Position numbers and translations under genes: made by a program. From a virus, in the IMG/VR virus record IMGVR_UViG_3300032820_000001, positions 32,001 through 96,000 of that record: DNA of 64,000 bases, one strand, 5' to 3'. Below, in pieces: positions 45,669-57,600 of this stretch. Within the stretch, counting starts at the first letter, position 1. Every line of letters starts with the position of its first letter. The notes under the pieces were generated by a model. That model had not been told where the DNA came from, made no database searches, and saw nothing but the letters and a program-made list of their open reading frames with translations.

Positions 45669-47363
45669 TTAGCCGAGCAAATTTTCGACAATAACCATGC
45701 CATACATGTCAGGACGCACCATCTTCTTAGCATAGCGAGTCATCACACCCTTTCTGGGTACGAAGTCTTCTGGGCCAAAAATGGTAGGAGTGACTTGCAG
45801 TGGCACATACGGTGAGTAAACATATCCACTTTCGAGGAAGTTACTACCCTTACGACCAACGAGGATCACATTACGAGGGAAGTAGGGATCAACTAAGATA
45901 TCCCACTTACCTTGAAGTGTTCCAACCTGAACGGTTCCAGCGGTTCCCTTGTCATCGTCGTGAGTCACTTTGGCTCGGAAGCCTGCAGTGAATTCGAGGA
46001 TGTTGGCAACTTCGGGAGAAGTAACCAAGAAGGTCGCTCCGCCACGCAACACTTTGCGGTGAATCTGAGCCGATACGTCATTAACCACTTCGAGAAGTGT
46101 TTCGTACCATTCAGAAACCGTACCAGTGAAGTCGCCGCCGGCAACAGTCGCGCCAGTGTCTCGGTCAACAAAATTACCAGGGCGTCGGCTCCAGTAATAA
46201 GTGCTGGCTTTGGCACCTTTCACCAAGTCGTTCAAGATTTCTTGATCGATTTCGAGAGCAATTTGTTCAGAGAGAATGCTTGTCAATTCAACTTCGGCAT
46301 CGAGGTTGTGATAAGCGTTCAAGTCTTGACCCAATTCAGGGCTCCACTTTGCTTTCAATTTCTTGGTAACGGCGGTTACAGCAACACTGTCAACTTTGAT
46401 GTCAATCTCAGGAATGAGACCAACAGGTTCTCCGTTGAAAGTTCCGGCTTCATCGCCAGCGCCTTCAAGTCCCCATGGATCAGTACCAACAATAGAGCCT
46501 AAGCCTCCACCTTCAGTAAATTGATCTTTCAAGGGATAAGAACAGGTCAATGCGTCAGTCGCGACTGTGGCGATGGCGCCGGGGTTTGTCAATGTGAAGG
46601 TGAGTGTCTCTCCATCACGAGTTGTCAAACGACGCACCAACGAATCATCGGTACCAAGACCGCTAGTAATATCAATATCAATCAGGTTATCGATGTTTAC
46701 CATATCCATCGTGGATCCAATATCAAGGCTCAACTGTCCGACACAAGCTGCTCCGTCAGCCAAGGCCAACAAATCAGGATCGTAGCGAACTGCTGAGAGT
46801 TTTGCGGCAGCCATCGAAGAAGTAATCACGGTGCTTGTAAACGCCGGGGTTGCTGCTTCTGATGCGCCACTGGTAGATCCGGTTGGGGATGCATAACCAC
46901 TTTGAAGGTTATAAAACCCACCACCATCTTCCGTAAGGTTAGAATTGAGAATACCACCAGTAAGCTGAGAAGCTACTACGCCTCCACCATATACTGACAT
47001 TTCGTCGGTAAAGGGCGGACGGTCATTGCTCAAAGTAAAATCCATGAAGAAAATCAAGCCAGATGGCAAGCTCATGGGTTGTACGGAGACTAAATCATTG
47101 GCAATCAATCCACCGAACACACGACGGACGATAGGGAATGCAACAGCTGCAAATCCTTCAACATCGCCGGCGGCCATGGATGATGCTTCACGAAGAAGCT
47201 CCTTTGCTTGGTTTTCGAGTAAGCGACTCATTTGATCTTTTTTGCGGTCATTGTCAAGACCTTCCAAAAGTCCGGTTTGCTCCCATTTAGAAATAAGAGC
47301 GGCTCCTTCTTTGGAAAGGTCGCGGGAGACAATACCTTCAGTTAATTTTTCTAAAACAGACAT
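45669..47363 (-). CDS. major capsid protein (T4 gp23-like)
   Basis: FPIVRRV, VQPMSLPSGLIF, KLKAKWSPELGQDL.AYH..DAE.EL, EIDQEIL, YSPYVPL, MTRYA; start at MSVLEK (AGGAG SD). Confidence 0.96.
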   Translation of the reverse strand: MSVLEKLTEGIVSRDLSKEGAALISKWEQTGLLEGLDNDRKKDQMSRLLENQAKELLREASSMAAGDVEGFAAVAFPIVRRVFGGLIANDLVSVQPMSLPSGLIFFMDFTLSNDRPPFTDEMSVYGGGVVASQLTGGILNSNLTEDGGGFYNLQSGYASPTGSTSGASEAATPAFTSTVITSSMAAAKLSAVRYDPDLLALADGAACVGQLSLDIGSTMDMVNIDNLIDIDITSGLGTDDSLVRRLTTRDGETLTFTLTNPGAIATVATDALTCSYPLKDQFTEGGGLGSIVGTDPWGLEGAGDEAGTFNGEPVGLIPEIDIKVDSVAVTAVTKKLKAKWSPELGQDLNAYHNLDAEVELTSILSEQIALEIDQEILNDLVKGAKASTYYWSRRPGNFVDRDTGATVAGGDFTGTVSEWYETLLEVVNDVSAQIHRKVLRGGATFLVTSPEVANILEFTAGFRAKVTHDDDKGTAGTVQVGTLQGKWDILVDPYFPRNVILVGRKGSNFLESGYVYSPYVPLQVTPTIFGPEDFVPRKGVMTRYAKKMVRPDMYGMVIVENLLG

Positions 47364-47388
47364 TTTTAGAATCTCCTTTGTAGTTAGA

Positions 47389-48441
47389 TTATTTGATCCC
47401 CGCCAGAAGTTTCCAGCGTTGTTCATGGGGATTAATAATTTTGGTTTCTTTTCGTCGAGGCATTCTCTTCGACGTATTGTTGCTAACTACTTCGCTTAGT
47501 GATTCAGGTCGTCCTTGCCTCTTTGTGGACACCACTGTGCTTTGAAGTGTTTCGAATACAGTCTTTGCATGCTCAACTGACTTTGTTTCGTGAAGTGCCT
47601 CGACAGCAATTTGTCTCTGTCGCTCATTCAAGGAGTCGGACTTTAATACTTCATTAGTATAAAGCAGTTTAGCATTTTGGAGACTGAGATTCTCCAACGT
47701 CGTCGCGAGCTTCTGAATATTCTTCTTCTGCTCGCTCATTCCGGATAACAATTTTTTATTATCCGCTTTGAAATTATCGTTTTGCACTTGGAGGGCTTTG
47801 ATAGTTTCTAAAAGTTCTTTTTTCTTGCCGGCGATCTTCTTAAGATCGATTGATTCGTTTTTCTTGCTTTCCTCGAATCCGTATCCGGCGTTCGGGCCTT
47901 TACATCTTGGATCGCTGGGATCCTTTTCGCAATCCTCTTCTTTTTCATCGTCTCTGCCTTCTTCCAATGAAACCTCTTCAACAGTTTCTTCTTCTCCGAG
48001 AAGTTCAGCAATTACGGAAGCAAGATCATCTTCTTCGAGTGTTAAGTCTCCTTCTTCTTCCCCTTCGGGTGGAACGAGATCGGCAAGTGGCTCAATTGGC
48101 TCTTGTTCAGAAGGGAGTGGCTCCTCTTCGGACTGAGCAATTGCGGCCAAGCCGTCAAGATCAATTGAAATCATTTCTTCTTCGTCTGGACATGCACATG
48201 CATTTTCTCCAGCGGCGGCTGCGAGGGGTAGATCTGTGGCGAGCGGATCTTCTGTGGCGGCAGCTCCATCAACAGTGACGTCGATGGCATTGTCCAAGTC
48301 GTCTTCAGCTTCGAGAATACTCTCCATCATCTTCTTAACTTCCGGAGCATACTTCTCAACTATTTCCGTTTCTGCGCTTTTAAGGGCCGCTTCTTTAAGG
48401 GCCTTTGCATCGATAATTGCTTGTTCTAACATTCGTGACAT
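47389..48441 (-). CDS. prohead scaffold / core protein
   Basis: acidic middle, coiled coil, NAKLLYTN, C-terminal RWKLLAGIK; directly upstream of MCP. Confidence 0.8.
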   Translation of the reverse strand: MSRMLEQAIIDAKALKEAALKSAETEIVEKYAPEVKKMMESILEAEDDLDNAIDVTVDGAAATEDPLATDLPLAAAAGENACACPDEEEMISIDLDGLAAIAQSEEEPLPSEQEPIEPLADLVPPEGEEEGDLTLEEDDLASVIAELLGEEETVEEVSLEEGRDDEKEEDCEKDPSDPRCKGPNAGYGFEESKKNESIDLKKIAGKKKELLETIKALQVQNDNFKADNKKLLSGMSEQKKNIQKLATTLENLSLQNAKLLYTNEVLKSDSLNERQRQIAVEALHETKSVEHAKTVFETLQSTVVSTKRQGRPESLSEVVSNNTSKRMPRRKETKIINPHEQRWKLLAGIK

Positions 48442-48505
48442 TTGGCTACTCCCATTCTTGTGATTCAAAATCTTTGATATAAAGTCTATAGGGACTTCTA
48501 ACTAA

Positions 48506-48539
48506 TATAAATAGTGCTCACATCGTGTAAACCCCCTTT
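48506..48539 (-). promoter_or_regulatory. bipartite late-promoter-like motif upstream of scaffold-capsid operon
   Basis: AAAAGGGGTTT-N12-CACTATTTATA. Confidence 0.6.
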
Positions 48540-48618
48540 TTTGCAAAAAAACCTGATTTTTAGAGAGATAGCCATGGGTTTTCATGGGGAGTTACTATTT
48601 CTTTGTCTCCTCAAAAGC

Positions 48619-48645
48619 AAAAGCACCCTCCGAAGAGGGTGCTTT
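48619..48645 (-). terminator. intrinsic terminator after the giant fibre gene
   Basis: AAAGCACCCTC-TTCG-GAGGGTGCTTTT perfect stem. Confidence 0.85.
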
Positions 48646-48690
48646 GAGTAATTTAAAATGTCCGGTTAGAGACCGAAAGGGTGTTGTCTA

Positions 48691-51600
48691 TTAATTTCCA
48701 GGGTCACTAAATTCTCCAGATGCGGCATCCCATTCTAGAATTGTCTCAGTAGTGGGCGATGCTCCAAAAGGAGTAAATGTCGCCTCAACCGAGTAATCAT
48801 CACCATCTTTCACAAGTTGCAACGCAACAGTGTTGATGTTACCATTTAAGGTGTCTGCCTGAAATGTGTTTGATGTATCGTTCGTAATAGTGAGGGCTCT
48901 TAGGCTATTTCCGAGCTCTCCGGCCACCGCTGTGGACACCGATATCTCTGCAGTGAAGTCGTCCCACCCTGTAGATTTACAGTATTTGATAACCGTTGGT
49001 GGGACATTCGCAAAAAGACGGACACCAGAGGCAATGCCAGTAACATTCGTCCCGTTTGCGGCGGTGTTCATTTGGCCCGTGGTATAACCACCTGCTGAGT
49101 AGTCAATTGTTTGTCCAGTGCCGGTGCCGCCAGGGCCTCCGGTTATTGCGCCATAGAGAACATCATCATCAACGATGATGGTTAACTGGTCAACATATGC
49201 CTGATTAGCGCCGAAGAGATCGATCTGCATATCCAACCACTCATTTGGTATAAACGGATTGTTGGGATCGGCATCTGCGCCGTCGGTAACACCGTCTAAG
49301 TCGGTGTCGACGCAATCGGAGCCGGGAGCCAGACATAAGTATTCTTCTTCAGTATTAACAACAACAAGGGAGGTTACGTTCTCATCACCACCGGTGAAAT
49401 AATCTAATCTCAGCGGGGCGCCGGTGTTGGGTGCCGTGTAAACGACATGGCCAATAGTAAATTTATTATCAACCGGTGTTTCGGGGTTTGTGTTTACTGG
49501 GTAGAGCGAGTTCTCTGTGGTCACAGTTTCAGCAGGATCCAGCGGATTGTAAGAATCTAAATCCTGGCTATTGTTGTCGTCCATATACATGTGCTGGCCA
49601 CTGCTGTCATAGCCGTCGACAAAATAAAGAGATGTCGAGAGGCCGGTTGCTTCCTCGTTGTTATCATAGCGAAACACAAAAGATGATGCATCTGAGGCTG
49701 GTTTGTAGAGAAGTACATCTTCACGCACTGCAAAAACCGTTACTTCTAAACTGTGAATATTTCCAGATGGGTCTGGTGCTGACCAGCTCGTATTTAGCGG
49801 ATCAAGTATCGCACTTCTTTCCACGCCGGTATTTCCAATTTCAACCCTGAATGCATCAACTGACTCATGTATAGTAAGGTCTCCCTTCAGCCAATCAAAT
49901 GCGTCAGCACATTCTGGCTGAACAAGAAGAACCTGAGTATCGACCAGTGCATTGCTTGAATTTCCATACTGATTGTGCTGGGCGACATCAGCTGTTATTG
50001 CGCCGGGGTCGCCGTGGATATTTTCAAGGTGCGTCAATCGAACCCAGTAGCGACCATCAGGCATTCCTGCAGTATCTATAACAGCATTTTCACTTAAAGG
50101 CGTGAGTCCTTGCGTGGCTGAAGTATTATAAGAAACTTCAATAGCAACACCGTTACTATCAAGTTCGAGTCTATACAACTCAAAGGCTGCCCTCCAAGAA
50201 GCTGCCGTAAAAACTCCTGTGGTTGTCATTGAGGTAGGATCAATTACTAATTTGTTTCCAACAGTTGTGGCGATGAGGCCACTTGAATAACCTGTAGTAT
50301 AGGTATTATATTCAATTGTTTGGGCAGAGCCTGAAATCGTTATCGATTCTGCTGGAATAAGTGTAACCTCGCAGTGGACACCTGGATCTTCGGAATCTAA
50401 GTGTGGGTTTGGATTTTCGGCAGTGCCTACAGACATTTCGAGGTTATCTCCGTAACCATCGTTATCGGCGTCACTGTCTTCATTGGGATCGTTCGGGAAT
50501 GCATCATATGACCATGAAACACCATCGGAATCTGGATCGGCTTGGGCTTGATACTCAGCTTCAGTCTGGTGTATACAGACTTTTACGATTGGTTCCGAAA
50601 GTCCATTATAATCTGTGTCCCAAGGGGATCGTTGGAGATAATTGTGACTAGACTGAGCAACATTATTAACCGTATCATATAAAATTGCATATACCCTTAA
50701 TAAACCCCAACTTGAGCCGGCGCTGACGTTACTATTAAACATCTCTTGAGTGAGTTCAATTGTATCGTCGGGTCCTGCCATGTTATTGAGGTTCCATGGG
50801 TCGAGGGCATCAGTACCATCGGCACTATAATAGTTCCACCCGGTGGTGGTGTCGTGGTTCCTGAGCATGAACCGGGCTTCTAGGTTGGGAAGCGAAGTAC
50901 CATCCGGGGTTTTGAAGGATTGTGCTTGGCCCAAGTCACCGGAAAACTTCATGAAGTCTCCTACGACGGAAAGAATAGATTCCTCGCCGGTTAATTGATC
51001 GTTGGTAGAGCCCGGTCGGATGAAAGTGGAATCTGCGGGGATAATATCCCTCGTAATGCCAAGACCGTTATTAAAGACCCGGATGTGAGAATTGGTTGCA
51101 AATTCCATTTCTATGGATGAGCCGGCGGCAGCGATGGCGTCGCCTCCGGTAACTCCGTACTCCTGATCCGCGAGGGCCAGACCATTGTGAAAGGGAACAT
51201 TCGCCGCAGGTGAAACAAATATAAAAGCAAAAGGGCTTAATTCATCTCCAAAATACGCCACGTTAGATTGTTGGCCATATTGGTTAGTAACATAAGCTCT
51301 AATTTTCAAATAGCCACCTCCTCCGCCAGTGGGGTTTAGAGTCGCATCGGAGTACGCGACATTTTGGATGGCTCCATTTCCAGCATCGTTTTCTCCAATG
51401 TCTGGTATTTGGATAATACCTTCTTTGAATTTGCCGTTAATGGCGTCCCAAGTGGATGTGCCGGATGCCACGGTGATTGTGGCCATCGTGAGCTCAACAG
51501 TAAGTATTGATCCTACTCTGTTGGGTTCGTCGACCGTAACCTCTGATCCTACGAATTCAATCTGATCGCCGGGGGCAGCGATGAGAAGTCCCCATGGTTC

Positions 51601-54600
51601 TAGATGGTGGTATTTCTGAAAGCCTAGACCGGTTTCGGTGTTGACTATGGCCGATTGCAGTTCGGGGCCTGCGCCGGTCCACACGGGTGCCAGCGTCATA
51701 GTTGGCGCTGCGGGAAGTGCAGGGTTGCCATCGTCCGGATCGGGGGGGGTGCCGTCGGCAGCAATGCCGTCGCCGTCATCATCGATGGAGCCGTCAGGAT
51801 CGTTGGGTAAGGCATCTGCCTGCCACAAAACACCGTCGCCGTCTGGATCTGCATTTGCTGCCCATTCAGCTTCGTCGGCCGCCATCCAAAGGTGATTGAC
51901 GTTTGTTTTGGGTTGGGTAAATGACGAAATGATATCGCCGCCGTGATGGAGTAATTGGCCTGTGGATTCATCATGCACTTGATATGTAACGCGCATTGTG
52001 GAATCACCGATGTCAGAAAGCACTACAGTGTCGCCGTCCGAAAGGGGGTCTGTGGTGCCTGCGCCGGGGAGTTCGGTTTGCCAATTGCTCTTTGAAATTA
52101 TTAATCGGGTTTTAAGGTTAGTCAATACATTACCGTTAACATCCTTAAGTTCAACATCGGTATGATCAAAAGTTATCTCATCGTCGTAGACAGCAAAGAG
52201 ATATCCCGAAATCAGATTGTCGGTATTGTTGAGCCACGTTGCGCCCGTAGCGGCTGTCGTCCAAGTAATGGCCCCTGTGGGCTGCTCTCTAACCGCATCA
52301 TTGTCGTTGGGGTTAGTTATTGTGAACGAAGAGTTTGGCACAGGAGCATCGGGGTATGGACGATATTCGCCCGCAGATTGATACACATATGTTAAAGCAT
52401 CGGTAGAACCAACTATTCCAATTCTGAAGTCGTCGTTGCCGGCGCTTTCTGCACCGGTTGTTCCATTTGCATCGGTGCCGGCGAACTCTTCCCAATAGGC
52501 CAGAGTGGTGGTACTAATTCCGGAATTAGCATGAGTTACCACAAAATGAACTTGCAAGGATTCGGCACCTTCAAAATCACTTAAAGTGACGGGGGCAGCG
52601 ACGTCTAACGTAGGCTGAAGCCAGCCTGCGCTTTGCCAAGTGGTAGTGGCAGAAGCGAGTGTTGTAAGAGCATCCTCGGTTGATCTTAATTCAACGCTCA
52701 ACGTTGTGCCATCTACTTGACTTTCGGCATCAATTTCCAATAAGGAATCAAGATCGAACCGAATCTGATCAGCTCCCATTGCAAACAAGTAGGGGGTCTC
52801 GTAGCTATATATGGGCGTCGTTGTTGATATAATTGTATTTTTAGTTCTAGTAACATTACTAATTGCGTCAAAGCCCGGTAGATTTAGCAAAGTAAGTTGT
52901 GGTGTAGTTGTTTCACTAACCGCTGCAGCGTTATCTGCTGCAACTTGTGCCGCATCCTCAGCTATATCGTTTATCCTTATTCTAGATAAAGACCAGCCGC
53001 TGTAGAAACCAAGATCGCCTTGGGTCCAAGAGCCGTCTTCGTCAGCATATGCTGCAAACATCAAATCTCCAAAGGTTTTGGGCATCTGTGTCCAAGCGTG
53101 GGCACCGGCTCCTGGTACATCGGCGGTTGCAAGATCAATGAAATCGCCACTGTCCCAAACATGAAGGGCGCCGTTAATGTAGACGCGCATTTCCTCGCCA
53201 TCTCTGACGAGAGAAACGTGTGTCTTTTCGCCTGCTCTGATGGGGAATCCACTTTGGGGACCAGCTGCAGTGTTGTCAGTTCCGTATGGGAGGGGTATGT
53301 GTGAAAGATTGAGTGAATTATAAGTATGGTTATAAAATGAACCAATAGTATAATAATTTCCTACTTGCACACCACCTTCCATAAGGGGGCGACAAATATC
53401 ATCATCTTGATCGTCCTTAACCATTTGAGTCTGCACTGAGAAACCGCCGTTTTGGTAGAGAACTGCTTGGTTTCGCTTCGTTCCTATTATGTGCTTGGGC
53501 CTATTATAGCCGTTGCTGGCGAAAGTATTCTCTGGTATATCTAGTATAAAGGAAAGTGTAAATGGTCGCAATGCCATGGTTTTCATAATACTGGTATGTA
53601 ACGCTGCACCAGCGAACATGCTTGGTGATGTCCAAGATCCAGACAAATGAAGGGCAAGGGGATCTCCAACATAACTTATTTCGGCGCCGTCGTTGTCGTA
53701 GTTGTCGTTTACACTGTAGGCGGCAATCGTATCTGTGGTTAGAGGAATAATTGCCGGATAAGACAATCCCAAAGGAAGTCCTGGAATTGGATCGTTAATA
53801 ACAGATATGCCATCGGCGTCCCAATCGCCACTAACATAAGTGGCTAAAGAATCGTTTTTGGTGCTAATGGTGGCTAAAGTGACAACGGCTTGTTGTCCCG
53901 CAGCCAATTGTGCGTTATAGTGATCTTCCTGATCTGTACCAATTTGACTGGATGGGTTATTATCCCCAGTAATTAAATCAGCACAAATTGCAGCAACGTC
54001 TTGGGATTCTTGGAACGCCTGTGCAATAGCAGTTTCCGTATCGGTGATAATGGTTTGAGCAGCTGCCGTAAGATTACCGTCTGCGCCCACATCATAATGT
54101 GCTGCTGTGAGAGTTTCTTCCCACGTAGGGGATGTTACAGCAAGGAAGCTGTTATCTCGGAGGTTTTCTAGGGTGCTTACAGCATTAACCATGTTCTCGC
54201 CTTCGAGGGTGTAAGTCGCAGGTGCGCCGCTGCCAGGAACAAGGGTGGCGCCGGGGTAGACAGAGATGGGAGTGCCACCATCAACTACCAAATCCTTCCC
54301 GTCGTAATTAAGAACAAAGGTGGTTGGGACGTTGGCATCGGGGAATCCACCGGGCCCGATGTCTGCAAGATAAGAAGTTGGGTCTACAGGATTGGGAACT
54401 TGGTCATCCCTATGAATGAAAAGCTGTCCTCCATTATCTCCCCATGAGTCTGCCCAGTCAAGACTAATGTCTGTAAGGCCAGCAGAAATTGGGGGTGTGC
54501 TGGTAGTGGTTCCGTTTGGCGCTCCTGGTTGGGGCGCCATGTTTTCGTCCATGTAAAATCCGCCCTGGATCATAACCGTTGTGGTTGCATCTTGGATGAA

Positions 54601-57600
54601 AGATATTATTGGTTCGTTATAGTAAGTGTCAAAGAAAAATGTCCAGCGCAATGCGGGGCCGTCGAAGTATCCATCGCCGCCGGCGGTAAGCTGAACTGCT
54701 GTTTGTTCGCCCGGATCGAGATGAAAGTCATCAACTGGATCAAGAACGTTATCGGCATCGGTATCGGGGCTCATCAAATTGATGGTAATCACTTGAAGAG
54801 TTTCATTTCCGTCTGCGTCTACTACTTTAATTGTAAATGTATCGGCACCGGTGAATGCGCCTGCGGTTGCAGGAGTATAAATCCACTCTCCGTAGCGGAT
54901 GTCCGAAGAGCTTGGGTCCTGAGCTGTTATTACAGCTGTACCGTGTGAGCCCTGTGAAGAGATGCTGAAGGGGTTTGCTGCATCCATAAGATTGGCATCC
55001 ATGGCACGTATTTCAGAACTGTATACACCTTGTCCTGAATTATATTCAAAGACTCCGGCGGATACCCACTGTCCTGTGGGATCCATAAATGTGGTGGGAA
55101 CGTCAGATAATTCTTCGATGATTGCATGACCACCGTCGGTTTCAGCTATAAATTCATCAGACGGGACATAAAATACGTTCTGATCTCCGGCTCCGTCCGT
55201 AACAGTATATTGGGCTCGTAAAATTTTGCCCACCAAAGACGCAGCTATGGTAATGGGATCTTCGGGGCCCACGGAAATGGGGTCGTTAACATCGATGGTG
55301 GAGGTTGTCGGTGAACCAATATCAGTCCACGGTGTGGTTGGGTTTCCAAAGCCTGTGCCAGAAGTATTATCGGCAGGATCATTAGATTGCCACACCACGT
55401 CGATAACGGTGATTCCGGAGTTGTCCTCGATGGCGGCGGCAAATGTATTAACCGTCTGATCCACCATTGGTGGCGACATCATCTCTAAGTCGACTGCAAA
55501 TACCGTAGCATCTGGGTTGTCGTCATAAACGATTATCCCGTCAACGCCGCCGAAAACATCACCAACGCCTGCGCTGGATATGGTTCTTTTGATTACTAGA
55601 TTTCCCGTACCAGAATCAATCTCAACTGAGTATGTATCGGTAAGATATTCTTGAGGTCCTTGCGGGTTGGAATTCAGGCCCAACCACAGTGGGTTTCCGT
55701 AGTTATCGAAAAACGTCAATGTTTGGCCGCCGTCGTTAAAACTGTCCCCCATATTAAGTATGTGCGTATCTCCTTCAGAAATTGGAAGAGTACCCTGAAG
55801 GCTGGGGTTGCCGGTGGCCAATTCGCCAAGGCCATAGTTCACTGCCATATTGCCATTGATAATGACTTCGAAAGTACCTTCGGGGTCTCCGTAAGGTGTG
55901 CCGCCGTATTGATCTACCGAAAGAGAGTATACATAGGTAAAATCGGGCACAACTATGCTCCTAATTTCAGAATGTGCTCCACTAAGGCCGCTACTATCAA
56001 CCGTATATCTGATTATAACAGACAGCTGATCGTCAGCGGCCATGGCTGCAACAGTTGCGCCAGGAAGGGTATTTGTGGTTTGACCTCCGATGGTGGTGCC
56101 GTTGGCTAGCCACTCTATTGAAGTAATGGTAATGGCCTCAGACGCAATTGTAGTAGCGTCTGCAACGAGGTCATCGCTTGCACCAAAAAGAATAACTGCT
56201 GGAAGAAGTGCTCCAGATGTAACGCTAGTTTGTACATCCGGATCATTAACCGCATCGGTGCCGTCGAGATCATAATCGCCCGCTGGTTCAAGCCAGTCGG
56301 GGGTACCGTCGTTGTCTGCATCGGGCATCACTGCGTTGGCCCATGAACCGTTAGAATATGTCAAAATGGCTGTGCCATTGACGGAAAGAGTTGAGCCATC
56401 CCAGACAATCTGAATATCGTAAGGGCCCGTGGTGTAATCGGGTACAATGGAAAACACAATGGTGTCAGTGTCGGGGTTTTTGAAGTCAACGCTTGTAATG
56501 CCGCCGTCGCCAAAGGTGTCTAAGAGAGAAAGCGTTTGTGTGCCTTCCTGTGGTGTTATCACGCCATGGTCTGACATCAGAAGTGGGCTTTCCCAATTAT
56601 TTAACCCTCCGATAAGGCCGGTGGCGTTAAGAGCAATTTGCCATTCTGAAGTCCAATCGTCGCCGTTGAATACAATGGCGCCATAATCTGGTGATGCTTC
56701 AGATATCGCGTAGAACGGTGACATAAACCACTGTCCGCCTTCACAAAAGTAAAATTTCTCTGCCACTGAAAATGGGGCGAGAACGGGGTCACTGTCGTCA
56801 GCCGTAGTGAGATAAAAGACCTCTCCTTCGTGATCAGACATATCTGCTTTGAGTGCAGAGCCGTCTTTCAAGTGAGCTGGAACAGCGTCATAAAGTGGAA
56901 CAATAAATTTAGTTGATGTCATGTCTCCTGACATTTCAGCATTTTGACCTGCTGCAATAGAAAGAGTATCACTTCTCATACCGGCGGTTTTTGTAACGCC
57001 GTCGACTGCTTTATCGACAGCACCGAGCATAGCATCAAGCCTATTTTGGCGGCTTTGCAATTTCTGATCCAACATATCGTCGGCAGCATGCAAAGATGTG
57101 AGGCCAGTTAAACAATAGGTAGCCACGCCATAAGTAATTTCAAATGTAGAAGATGCACCAATAGATGCAGTTGCGTTAGAGATTTTGGCAGTTAAACCTG
57201 CTTCATGAGTATCTTCTGCGGTGGTATTATGGGCAATCAAAACTGCCTGCTGTGCAGCGATTGTATCGTCTGCAGGAGCTGCGCCACGGATTTCGGATTT
57301 CATGGTGTTTATTTTAGAAGTTAGGGTTCCACGCAAGTCTGGATCTGAGTCCATGGCTGTTTGGAGTGCCTCAAGTGTTTTCCAAGTGTCTTCAACGCCA
57401 GTGCCTTCTAGTCTCTGTGAGACTTGGTATGCCAAAGATCCTGATACGGTCTTGGCTCCTTGAATTCTTATAATGTCTGTATTGGAGTTTGAAAGTTGAG
57501 TGTCCAATTTCAAATCTGCGTCTTTCAGACTTGTAGCATTATCTGCATAATTTGTATCAGTTCGAGCTACATAATCGTGGCCTCGAAGTGAAGGGGTCGC

